In this document: positions 1-11,490 of the stretch, piece by piece
How positions within the stretch are numbered: position 1 is the first letter of the stretch
Layout: each line of letters opens with the position of its first letter
Assembly (NCBI RefSeq): GCF_009914755.1
Contig: NC_060941.1
DNA length: 64,000 nt
Source: the human T2T-CHM13v2.0 reference genome, Homo sapiens
Strand: one strand, 5' to 3'
Notes under the pieces: model-generated
Databases searched by the model: none
What the model saw: the letters and a program-made list of their open reading frames with translations, nothing else
What the model was told of the DNA's origin: nothing
Program-made: the position numbers and the translations under genes

Positions 1-761
1 GGGTTCGCAGGGTCCGTGGTGCTGGCTGGGCGCCATAGGGGGCGCCCCGTTGTAGTCCAGGTTCCCGGAAGGGTGATGGGAAAGGTGGTTGAGGCCATAG
101 AGGGAGGGGCCGGCAGGGGGCGGCAGCGGATCCGCGTAGCCGCCCCCGCCCACGTACACCGGACTGCCCTGCATGGTGGGCGTCCCGTAGGCGCCCCCGT
201 TGGCTTGGAGGACGTGCGGCTCATACTCGGGCGCCGGGGTCGGAGGGTACTTCTGCGGGGCGCCGCAGCCTTTGAGAGGGGGCTGGTAGTTGGAGGGCAG
301 CGCGTAGGCATTCTGGTGGGCTTTACCGAAGGCGGGTGGGGACGGGCTCTCGTAGCTGGGGGTCATGGAGTGTAAGGCGTTCATGAAGCCGGCCGTGGAC
401 TGCATGGGCTGCGGGGGGCTGCCGGCTGGAGATGGGCCCCCCGACGACGAGGCCAATCCCTTGGCCTTCTGGTCCTTCTTGTACTTCATGCGCCGGTTCT
501 GGAACCAGATCTTGATCTGCCGCTCGCTGAGGTTCAGCAGGTTGGCCATCTCTACACGGCGAGGCCGGCACAGGTAGCGGTTAAAATGGAACTCCTTCTC
601 CAGCTCCACCAGCTGCGCGCTCGTGTACGCCGTCCGCGCCCGCTTGGACGCCGCCGACCCCGGGGGGCTCTTGTCCCCTCCCCCGCCGCCGCCGCCACCG
701 CCCCCGCTGCCACCACTGCCTCCGCCGCCGCCGCCACCGCCGCCGCCACCACAGCCCTCTG
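1..761 (-). CDS. HOXB3: HOXB3 coding exon 2 (poly-Gly linker, homeodomain, C-terminal region), truncated at window start
   Basis: Acceptor ...ggatccag|CA GAG GGC; translates AEGCGGGG...[61 protein letters not shown]...[13 protein letters not shown], a paralog-group-3 homeodomain. Confidence 0.98.
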
Positions 762-1606
762 CTGGATCCGAGGGGGAGGGGTGGGAAGGGGAGAAAATGA
801 AATAAAAGATAATTACTGAACACGCCGAAATTGAATGCATCGTTTCTTAATAAATCCAGGCCTGGACTCAGAGCCCCCGCCGCCCTCCCCTTCGGGTCCC
901 CGCCGCCTCCTCACTCCCCCACCCCACCGCCCGTCGCATTAGCGGACACTCTATAATAGTGGCATTTATTAAGAGACCTGTTCTCCTTTCGCTGCCCCAG
1001 CTTATGAAAATTTGATCATGTCACGCAGACAGAGCCGCATGGCCATTTATTTAGGGCTGGATTTTCGCGTGCGTGCTTTCTCCCCCTTATCCCCAATTCC
1101 AGGTCAGGGAAGACATTTCCCCTCCCCGCCCACCCCGTCCTGAGGACAGGATGGGAGACTGAGGAGAATCCTCGGGGTAATCTGGACACTCGTGGGCAGG
1201 AAGTGTGGCACGAAGAGGCTGCCATTTCTGGAGGCCGGGACCCCGGGCCGTCCAAGCGATTGTGATTAATACCCACAGTAATCATACTTAATAATAATCA
1301 ATCGTTGACGACTCTGCATCCTCCCGGCAGCGCCTCGTCTTGGCTCTGTGGCCTTGGGAAGGGCTTTGAGGCCACGCACTGGGCCTTCTGGAGCTTTCAG
1401 AAGCTCCGGTGGAGGGCAGCTAGAGGGAGGAGGGTGTTGGCGGGGTCAGAGGTCATTAGGGGGTAGGGGTATCAAAAATGTACCCGCTGGCCACCTAATA
1501 TTGTTCCCAGGCAGCCTCGCGGGCGCCTAGGGGCTGGGTGCTAGAATAACAGTGACATTCCTGGCTCCGACAAAAGCTGAGGACAAGGAAGGCAGAGAAC
1601 TGGTAC

Positions 1607-2054
1607 CTGTGCCGGGGGAGTTGTTTTTCAGCTTGGACGTTTGCCTCGACTCTTTCATCCAGGGGAATATCTGTTTGGTGAGGGTGGAGTTGGTGCCGGG
1701 ACCGCACTTTGGGGGACCACTTTTGCTGGGCCCGCCCCCATTACTGCTGTTGCTAGTGGCACTGGTAGGTGCGGCACTGGGCGGGGGTGAGCCAGGCGGG
1801 GCCGACAGGGTCTCGGGGGCCAGACCCGGCCTCATGCAGCTGCCGTTGAGCTCCTTGCTCTTGGCATGTGGGGCAGCGTTGCCCAGGGACTGCAGCGAGC
1901 AAGCTGAGCGCTGGTAGTCGCCCTCCAGGTGCGTGGCGGCCTGAAATGGGGGTTGGGGGGGGACATCGAAGCCGAAGCCATTGCTGCCAGGGTACGAGGA
2001 ATAGCCTCCGAAGAGAGCAGCCGCGGCGTTGTCGTAGTAGGTGGCTTTCTGCAT
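1607..2054 (-). CDS. HOXB3: HOXB3 coding exon 1 (448 nt, includes IFPWMK hexapeptide)
   Basis: ATG at 2054, MQKATYYDN...[12 protein letters not shown]...PGT; donor ACAG|gtacca; phase 1, in frame with exon 2. Confidence 0.98.
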
Positions 2055-2213
2055 CGCTGGGTGAGGCCTGGGCAGTGGGTGGCAACTTGGAAAGGCCTGA
2101 TACCCTCAGGACCGGACATTGGCAACCCTGGGGGTCACGTGACACGCCGGACCCCCCCCCCCCCACCTCCCCTCTCTGCCCCCCTCCTCCGGGGTCTGTT
2201 CCAAGCGGCTGAC
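2055..2213 (-). other. HOXB3: 5'UTR portion of the HOXB3 start-codon exon
   Basis: Polypyrimidine tract and acceptor ctcttctctcgcctcgcag|gtcagc at 2214-2215; contains GTCACGTGAC (2134-2143) and a G13 run on the mRNA strand. Confidence 0.7.
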
Positions 2214-4899
2214 CTGCGAGGCGAGAGAAGAGACACAAGGGGGAGAAGAGGACTGGGGCTCGAATCCATCTTAGGAACTGAAAAGGGAACTGACATCAAT
2301 AGGGTTTTTTCTTTTCCCCTCCCCAACATCTCCAAAGCAGATGCTGAGAAAAAAAAGCCCACCAGTTTTCATTTCCACTAAAAAATAAAAAAATAAATAA
2401 AGACTATATGCCTTTCAAGACTGCCTAGATGTAGAATCTATGGCAAAGGCCATTGCTTCTCTCCTGCCTGTGCACTAGCCCCTGACCTCCCCTAGTCCCT
2501 CTCTCCCTATCTCTCCTCCCCAACTCTGGGATAGGATGGCTCAAGGGAGGGGACACTAGGAGACTCCAAAATAAAAGCATCATCAACACCCTCCTCTGAG
2601 CCCAGAGGCTTCTATGCTTCCAGCCTTTGCCTCCTTCCAAGTCGGTTTAGGTCTCTTGCCCAAGCAAAGTCTAGCCTGAAGGAAAACCAAAGGATCTCCT
2701 AAAAGAACAGGCAGGAGAAGCAAGTTCAGCAGAGAAGCTTCTCTTGTGAGGTATCCTCTCCACTTCCCACCACTCTCCCACCAGGAAGACAACAACAGCC
2801 TGACCTAGAAACTTCCTGATGATTTTTAACCTCAAGAGCCAGCTGAACCGAGACTCATCTGTCCATGGCCCTGCTGCAGGTACCACCACCTCCAGCCCTT
2901 GTCTTTGCTCAGCCAAACCTGGGATCGGGCAGCCAGTGGCCCTGTGGGGCCCCCACATGGAGCAGGATTGTTTCAATTTCCTGGGCCACGCCAGTTGGTG
3001 CTGTGACCATTTGGCCCAGGTCTCTCCCCGGACCTCTTTTTTTTTTTTTCATGAGACTTAATTTTTCCCACCCTTTCCTTCACCGTCTGTTTTCTTTGAT
3101 TTCCCCCAAAGCAAATAAGAAACAAGAAGTTACAACTGCTAGACTTTTCTACTGAGACGGGGAAAGTGCTTTCCAAAAGAGAAAATTATTCCTGAGGAAA
3201 AAAAAATTAACAAAGCAATTTTAACAATATTATTCTCTAGGTTAGAAACAGAGGTATTCCTGTTGACTGAGGTTCCCTGAGGCAAAAAAAAAAAAATCAC
3301 TATTTTAATACAGCCTTTTAAAAGTGTGCCAGAAAAATAAAGATTCAAACTAACATAGGATTTTGTGTATTTGTTCTGAAACTTCTGACTGCATTTTTTT
3401 CCCTCCATCTCTCCCAACTCTTCACCATCACTTTTCATAAAACCTCCATACTGCCATGTGTGTTTGGAAAACTTTAATCTCATTCAGCCTAGCTGTTCAA
3501 CTCCAAAGAAAACTAAACATAGGAAAATAAAATAAAAGGAGTGCAGGTGAAGAAAAGTCCCTCCCTCACATAAATCCCCTTCTTCATGGCACAGATTTAT
3601 ACTCAAAAGGGAATCAGTGTAACCCTGAGTTCCGATTGGTTTCTGGAAATACACATGGGTCTGCAAAGCAGCAGGTCCTTCCAGGGAGAACCAGAGTTCA
3701 ATTGACCAGGCTGACCCAATCCCTTTATTATTATTACCATTAGCCTCTGCTGATTTAACCAAAATTAGCTTCCAAGCAGCCCTGGCTGAAGGGGGAATTA
3801 ATTAACAGGCATTAGTTGTGGTTGTTATTAATAGAGAAGAGAATGAAATAAAAACGTTGGAGGGGGTTGGCTGGCTAGGCCCTGGCTTTATTTAGTCTGA
3901 TTGTTACAGCAATAATAATGATGACGATGATGATGATAGTAATAATAATAAAACAATAATTTAACTAGATGCCTGGGGCCGAAATTCCTGCCGCTCCCCT
4001 TGCAATAAACCCCAAACCATCGCGGGACGGAGGCCAGGCGAGTGTGGAAAGCGAAGGAGCCAGAGACGCGATAGGAAAGAATGGAGACTCCGCCGGTGGT
4101 GCAGACAGGGCTGGGAAGGTTTGTGCACCCGGGTAGTCCCTGGCTGCTGCTGCCAGGCTGCCTCAGCCGGTCGCTGCTGCCGCGGCGACTGGCGACAAGC
4201 TACCAGCCACCTACGATGGCCCAAGGAGGCGAAGAAGAGCAAGCGATCAGGACACCAAAACGGTTATCGGAGGCAGGTTCCCAGCACACCAGCCGGCCGA
4301 GGGCCGAGCCCCGCGGGCGGCAGCAAGTTTTGGGAGCTGGAGGTAACCGAATTAAAAGGCGCCTTAGAAACTCCGCTTCGGGACTTTGCTCAGCAGGGCT
4401 CCGGGTTGGAGGGCGCCGAGGCCTGGCGGACGGGACAGTGGGAAGAGAGAAAGGTGCTAAGGGGACCCAAGATCTGGGATCCAGAACAAGAGGGGGTGGG
4501 GAACAACTCTACCAAGCCAAACAGATCTATTTCCCTTGCCTCCATGTTGGAAAAATTCAGGTTCCATATGGCTCCTCGGGAGGGAGGGAGGGAGACGGTG
4601 GCTGCCGGCTTCCCCCCAGGGTCTCGCTGGAGAAGGGAGATGAGCCCCCCGCAAGAACCCCACCTTGCCAAGCACACCCCAGGGAGAGCCAGGAGAGTAA
4701 CAATAGCTGGGGAAGCCCCGAGAGAGGGGATAGGCCATCTTCCAGGACTTAAAAAAATTAATGGGAGAAAGAAAAATAACAAGAAAGGAAGACAGAGAAA
4801 GGTTGAGACTTTCTTAGCAGCCGCGGAGAAAATTCAGCCCTGGATCTGGCTGCTGAAAGAAAAGAGAGAGAGGAGAAAAGAGGAGAGAAGCAGGAAGAC

Positions 4900-4919
4900 A
4901 GAGGGGAGAGAGAGAGGGG

Positions 4920-4951
<32 letters not shown>

Positions 4952-4980
4952 GGGAGGGAGGGAGGGAGGGAGAGAGAGAG
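4900..4980. repeat. (GA)n/(GGGA)n polypurine tract
   Basis: Directly visible. Confidence 0.9.
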
Positions 4981-5009
4981 TCGCTGCGTGGAAGGAAGCT
5001 TAAAGCTTG

Positions 5010-5026
5010 TGAACTCTTCTTGAACC
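5010..5026 (-). promoter_or_regulatory. DR5 retinoic acid response element (Hox3-paralog conserved RARE)
   Basis: GGTTCA-agaag-AGTTCA on minus strand; PBX-HOX-type TGATTTATGG nearby (5046-5055). Confidence 0.85.
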
Positions 5027-5110
5027 GAGATTGGAGTCATATGGGCCATAAATCATTGAGACATACTCTCCGCCATTCACAAACTGATAGCCTATTTCAG
5101 TCCAGCTTAC

Positions 5111-5198
5111 CTTAGCCACCGACGAGGGGAGAACAGGCAGACATAATATATATTCACATCGAGCCCCAGAGCGAGCGGCAGGCGACAAATCTCCCCTC
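5111..5198 (-). other. HOXB3: 88-nt non-coding HOXB3 leader exon
   Basis: Acceptor tttttttcctttgccttcaag| and strong donor AAG|gtaagc flank an 88-nt segment upstream of the coding exon. Confidence 0.75.
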
Positions 5199-6629
5199 CT
5201 TGAAGGCAAAGGAAAAAAAGACCACTGTTTAAAGCTGCGTCGCCCCCCGCCCCCCCGCCCCCGCCCCGCAAAGCCACCCCGGCTGGGGAGCCCGAGGGGC
5301 AGACCGGCCAGAGGAGCCGCGCGGCGTCCGCTTCAATTCACTCGGCTTAGGAGCAGGGGTGCGCAGGAGGGAGGGGGTGGGGGAGCGGGAAAAAAAATAG
5401 AAGACCGAAAGGTGCCGGGCGGCTCAGCTCGCCAGAATCCAGCTCCGGGCTCCAGCAGGGCTAAGCCGCCACAGTGTGGTTGCCCTATAAGACTGGTACG
5501 CCCTACTCTCCGTAACAATGGCCTCTGCTTTTGCACAGGGAAAAAAAACCACACAGACACACACACACACTCACTCACACACAAGCTCACACCCCCCCAC
5601 CTCTCCCCCTTTAGCAAGCTTAGATGCCTGATAAGGAGGGAAGGTGATGGTGGTGATGGGGAAGGGGGGAAATTTTAAAATACCCGCCTCCCCAAAAAAA
5701 GAGTAAGAAGAAAAGAAGGAGGGTTTTTTTTTTTTTCCTTAAAGAACAGGTAAAAATTTAAATCTAGATTGGAGGGACAGGGAGGAAGAGGTGAGCAAAG
5801 GCAAGGAAGGGCGGTGAAGTTCACAGCTCCCCCCATACCCCACTAGTGAACTATTATGCTAATATGAGAAGTAGTATTTGGAGGCTGAGTCAAAGGCAGG
5901 CCTGGCCCGGGGGTGAGGGTGCCGGGTGCCCCTCTGCACTCATTCGCAATTGGAACACCAGGACTTTTTTAGAAAGTAGTTCTGGGTCTCCAACCCTCAC
6001 ACTCTGGCTCCCTCCTTCTGAGTCTCCAGCCCCGGCTTCTTCCCTCCACTACACCCTCTCTATTCCTCCCAAATCTCCCTCCAGTCTCCAGGCCCAGTCT
6101 CTAACCAAGGGAGAGGGAAAGACCAGAACTTAAAAAAAAAACAAAAAAAAAACACCCCTCCCCCTTTTTCTTTTTGAGAACAGACAACAAGCGGTGAGTG
6201 ATGATTTTAAAAACTCTGAACATCTTGCAGGGGGAGGAGGGTTGAGAAAAGGGTGACAAAAGGAGGACTCTGTGTTTTAGTTTGAGCTCCAGACTGGCTG
6301 GCAGTAGACGGGCTGAAAGAACTTCATGGATAAGTTTCTGTTATGATTCTCACCTCCGAATAGGCAGAAGGGGCTAAGAGGTGATAAGGACATTTGTACT
6401 TCTAAGAAGAGAAGAACTAGCAGGGTCGCTTAATTTTAAATGCACTGGCAGAAGAGATGGAAGATGGTTATTATTATTATTCAGAACAACCCTGTTTGTT
6501 TCTCTCTGCCCTGCAAGATTTATGACTCTTGGCACAAGTGAGGAAGGCCACAAAAGCTAAAGTTTTCTTAGGGTGTGTTTGAGCAGGGCAGGAAAAGGCA
6601 AGGAGGAGGCCTGTAGGAGGAAGACAGGA

Positions 6630-6780
6630 GCCAAAAATGTAGGTGTCTGCAGATTTGGGACAGGGGGTGGGGAATAGTCATTCCGGGAGGAAGGAAAAGA
6701 CAAAAAGAGCACCAGGACATTTCCCAAAGCAGGAGTGTTTGCAACTCTGCCTAACTGCTGACTCGGAGCTAGGGGATGAA
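6630..6780. promoter_or_regulatory. Probable HOXB3 rhombomere-5 enhancer (MafB/kreisler sites)
   Basis: gccaaaaatgtaggtgtctgcagatttgg (6630-6658) and the MARE half-site taactgctgactc (6752-6764) resemble the mouse Kr sites as I recall them; G-rich Krox20-like motif between; about 1.5 kb upstream of the leader exon. Confidence 0.55.
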
Positions 6781-7298
6781 ATAGAAAGCTGACTCTTTTC
6801 TCTAAAGGCAGCTTGGAAAACTGGTCCTCTTAACTTCATGTAAGGCACTACCCTGTGATTTCCTGGTTAGAATACTTGGCTTTTGCCTTCTCCCATCTGG
6901 ATGCACCAGAAGAGGGAACGGGACTGGGGACAACAAAGGTGAGAGTTGATTTCCAGCTTTTGTGTTCCCTCCAGCATAGGTTGGAGGTGTCTGGCAAAGC
7001 TTCCCTCATTCCCTCTCTCTCCCCACTCACAGGCTCTACTTTGGGATGAGATAGGGAGTGGCCCCTGGCCTCCAGCCCCTACTTCTTCCAGGCAAGGCTA
7101 AGTCAGGCCAGGTGATTTGGAGCAGCCGGTTTCCAGGGGCCCTGATAAACTGGGGGTACCTATGGCCTTCCTGCCCTCCAGCAACAGAAGCCACTTGCAG
7201 AGCCTCAGAATGTAATGTCCTGAGGACCCCACCTCCTACCTAGAAAGTTGACAGCTGGGGGGAAGCACGGGTTGGGGGACATGGGGATGGAGGGTGGG

Positions 7299-7362
7299 AG
7301 CTATTTTTCTGTGTTTATTAGCTATTATTCTGTGTTTATTAGTATTTTTCTGTGTTTATTAG
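7299..7362. repeat. Three tandem copies of a 20-21 bp unit (agctatttttctgtgtttatt)
   Basis: Directly visible. Confidence 0.85.
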
Positions 7363-8480
7363 TAGTATCAAGAAAATAAAACATCCAAGTCAGACCTAGA
7401 CTTGGGGCTCAAGCCAGCCTGGAACCCCAAAGAGACCTGTTAGGGGTGCCTGAGCATGTGGCTGCAAAAAGTCTGTCCTGAGATCTCTACACTCTGGTTA
7501 GAGACCTACAGGGTCAGACCCCATGTAACTTTGAGCTTGGTGGGTCAGGGACTCAGGCCAGGGAGGCTTCCAGAGGCTTAAAGAAACCAGTACCTTTGGG
7601 GTTTTTTTTTCTATCACTCCCCCAAATAAAAAAAAAGCCAAGAATGTACCTCAAAACCTCTGCTGTCCTAGCTGTTACTATCATTGGGTTAGAGAAGGTC
7701 ATTGTAAAACTGAGAGAAGAGGAGAACCTGATCGCTTTTGGGACTGCGCAGCTTTGCCTCTAGGAATAACACGAGAGTCCAGAAGGCACCCAGGCAGCCT
7801 CGGGCCGGCTGCAGGAGAAGCGGGCCTGGAGCTGAGCTGGGAGTGGAGGAGTGTTCCAGAGACAACGGCAGACCCCTCCCTTCCCCAAGCCTCCTCAACT
7901 CTTTGTGGTCCCTCGGGCTACAGAAGGCAGTGGGGCATAGTGGGGTGGGAGTGAAAAAGAGGACCGAGAAGCAAGAAAATGAACCTGGAGAAAATCTCAG
8001 AGGACATATACCCCCAAATGCGGTAGGAGATGGAGTGGGGGCTTCTTAATTCTGGAGTACAGAGCCCATTTGGAATACTTGGGAGGCAATTAGATCCCAG
8101 TTTAGTTTCTGTCTTGCCTTTTTTCTTCCATTCTCAGAGGTCTCTGGCGAGCAGGCGGGCTGCCCTCTGATTAGGGCTGGGAGGCTGGAGGACGGAGGGT
8201 GGAACAGGCACCCCTAAGGGCCCCTGTTTGGACTGAGGTGTTGCTGCTAGCCAGGGGATTTTCAAACTTCAGGGGATAAAGGCTGGTAGTGAGGAGTTTG
8301 AGCAGGGAACTTGGGGTGGGGGACGCCAGAGCAGGCTGAGGGAAGACTTTGGGGTCTGGGAAAAGAGAAGCAGGAGAAGGGCTTATCATCCCTGAGAGTG
8401 AAGCCATGATTTCGGAACAGACTGGAGATACAGAAGAGGGAACAATTTCTTCTTGGATTTGGGAGGGAAACCTGGGAAAC

Positions 8481-8506
8481 TGTGTGTGTGTGCCCATGTG
8501 TGTAGG

Positions 8507-8538
<32 letters not shown>

Positions 8539-8540
8539 AA
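8481..8540. repeat. Compound (TG)n-(GA)n microsatellite
   Basis: Directly visible. Confidence 0.85.
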
Positions 8541-10473
8541 GGAGGAGAAAGAGAAATTGAAAAAGAGGAAAATTGAGTAAGAGACAGAGACACTAGCATA
8601 AACTAATGAAGTAAAAAAATAATAAGGGTAAAGATTAGAGAAAATGCCCTTCTTCACAGACATCTTTTCCTCTTCCATTCCGTTTCTTCAGAGCCAGAGC
8701 ACTCGCTCTGGCACTTCTCTCCCCCACCCCACTGGGTACCCAGTATCAGGCGACGGGAGCACTTTAAACCCTCTGGAGCAATCAAGGGCTACCCGCCCTT
8801 CTAGACCTCGGCGGCGGGATCGTGCCTGTTTCTCTCCTCCCCCAAAAATGCATCAACTAGCAAACAAAAATTCTCTCAATAAGGGCATACTGGTTGGCTC
8901 TTTTAAAACCAATTTCTGATCTCAGACTTGGGGCAGTCAAGGATCCTGCCCCTGGCTCAATCCACACAAAATTTGCCTGGCCCAAAGGCTAGCTTGGGAG
9001 CTAGGACCTGTAAGCCTGGGGCGAGATGTTTGGCGATGTGTTTCTTCCTGGCCCTGTCTGGGTTCCCAGTCCCACACTGTTTTCCAGCTTCACTGCCCAA
9101 CTTTGTAGCCCTAGAAAAGTGGTGTAAAGGTCACACACTCACCCGAATCTCCATTTTCCCTTAAGTATTAACGAAGATTTCAAAGCTGGGAGTTGTAAAG
9201 TGGGAATTGCTAATGAAGAAGGCTCTTGGCATTTGGATCCCCATCTCCAGCTCTCCAATAAGCCAGAGCAGGAGGGAACAAAGGGGCACCCGGAAGGGAG
9301 AAGAGGAGACTCGCATAGACACTGCTCAGCAATAGTGGGGATCAAAAGAAGAAAAAGGTCGCTGCAGTGGAAGAAGAAAAATCCAAGCTGTACTTTTTCC
9401 CCACCCCACGTGTGGGGGCGCTGCCCTCTCCCCAGCTGAGCCTGTGAAGGGGTGGCAGGACAAAAAGGGCAGCCACAAGGGTCTGCGAAGTCCACTCGAT
9501 GACCACGGAGGCCGCCTGAACATGCTAATGAGGGGATGGCGGTGCTGCCAGCGAGTTGGGAGCCTCAGGCAGGTGGGCTCCTTGGTGGTGATAGATCCCA
9601 ATCTGAATCAGGGCTCCCGCCTCACCTAGAAGCTCAGCCTTAGCCTGGCAAACCCCACCCCCAGCAAGTGTTGAGACAAAGGTGGGCAGAGCAGAGAAGG
9701 CAGAGGAAGGGAGGCTGCAAATCCTGGGCAGCTTGGGGGCTGCAGGGGGTGCTGGGAAAGGGAGGGAGAAGCAGGAAAAGAGGAACGGGCCCAGTCCCTG
9801 AGGTTCAGCGGGCCTCTCCTGACAGACTGGATGTTTCTCTCCCAGTGACCTCTGTTTAGCAGACAATAACTCAGTGGATTAATGACCAATCAGCGAAAGG
9901 CCTTCCGAATTGCCTCCAAATATAAAACTCCGAAGTCAGAATGGGACAGAGCCAGAGTCTGGGCCTGCCAGCTCTTTTGTTTTTTTTTCTCTCTCAAATT
10001 AGTGTTTGGGGCTAGGCTTTAGGAAGTGGATTATCTGCCCAGTGTCTCAGATTTCCAGAGCCCCAAAGATGAGGTTGTTTCCCATCTCTTCCCATCTTCT
10101 TCTTCCCTCCTTCCCCGGAATTCATATTCCAAACCACACTTCCCAAGGCAGCCTGGAAACCTCCCCTCCCCTGCTAGCCTCTTCACATCCCTGATCCTGC
10201 AAGAAATTTCCTTGCTCACAACCATGCAATTGAGAAGCCACCACTCCTTTGGAACTGGGGGAGGAGCTGGAAAATAAAAGCAAGTATAGAGTGGGAGTCT
10301 TCCACCATGCAGGCCTTCTGTCCTGGCTACCCTAGAGGAGACCCGGTAGAGTGCTGTGGCACCCTGTGTGTGCTTCCTCCCAAGAAGCCAGGGCTCAGAG
10401 GCCCAGGGTTGGGGTGAGGCTGAGAAGGGAGGCACCTGCTATCACAGAATCTAAACTCTGAAACCACTGTTCA

Positions 10474-10833
<360 letters not shown>

Positions 10834-11264
10834 TTAGCCCAGTGCCTGGCAGGGAAAGACTCTTGCTCAGTAAGGCCCAGCCCTTCTTTACTTAGCCCTT
10901 CTCCAAATGCCAATCTCAACCCAACCCAGCTAGCTGGCCCCTCACCACTTCCTTCTAGTTCCACTGCTCTCCTCAGGGCTACTCCTCAGCTGAGAATAAG
11001 GGCACCTTCAGAAAGAGGAATAGTCCAGATTCCAGTGGATTTCCTAGAGCCAGACTGAGTAAGCATCCACTGCTCTGGGTGTATGTAAACTCTGAATATT
11101 GCAAATAAACATGCAGTAACTTCTATACCCAGATGCCCACAGAGCTCCAGGACACACAAGGGAGTGCCTCCCATGCACTGTCCTGCTGAGGATGGGTACA
11201 CACAGAGGTGCCCAATTTCAGAACAGGAGAGAAATCAGGAAGTGTCCAGTCCAACTCTTGCCAT

Positions 11265-11490
11265 TGTTACAGATCAGGAAACTGAGGCCCAGAGCAAGGA
11301 AGTGATTTGTCTAGAGTCATACTTGGGATAGGCTTGGGAGTTGGAAGGCCTGAATTTCAGATGTTCCAGCTTGGCTATGTGACATGAGGCAGGGCACTCC
11401 TTGGGCCTGAGTGTCCCCTTCTGTAAAGCCTGGGCATGTGTATGGAGGGAAGGGGTTTAGCTAAATGATCTCTAAGGTCTCTTTTTGGAC
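11265..11490. mobile_element. Two degenerate MIR (ancient SINE) fragments in opposite orientation
   Basis: MIR core ttacagat.aggaaactgaggcccagag (11267-11294) and reverse-oriented gggcctgagtgtccccttctgtaaa...atgatctctaaggtc. Confidence 0.65.

Noticed and set aside
4081-5023. 223-aa and 300-aa plus-strand ORFs
   Set aside because: GC-rich and GA-repeat sequence with few stops; low-complexity translation and no recognisable domain
6850-10000. Possible HOXB-AS2 lncRNA in this interval
   Set aside because: Position is only recalled; I cannot support exon boundaries from the sequence
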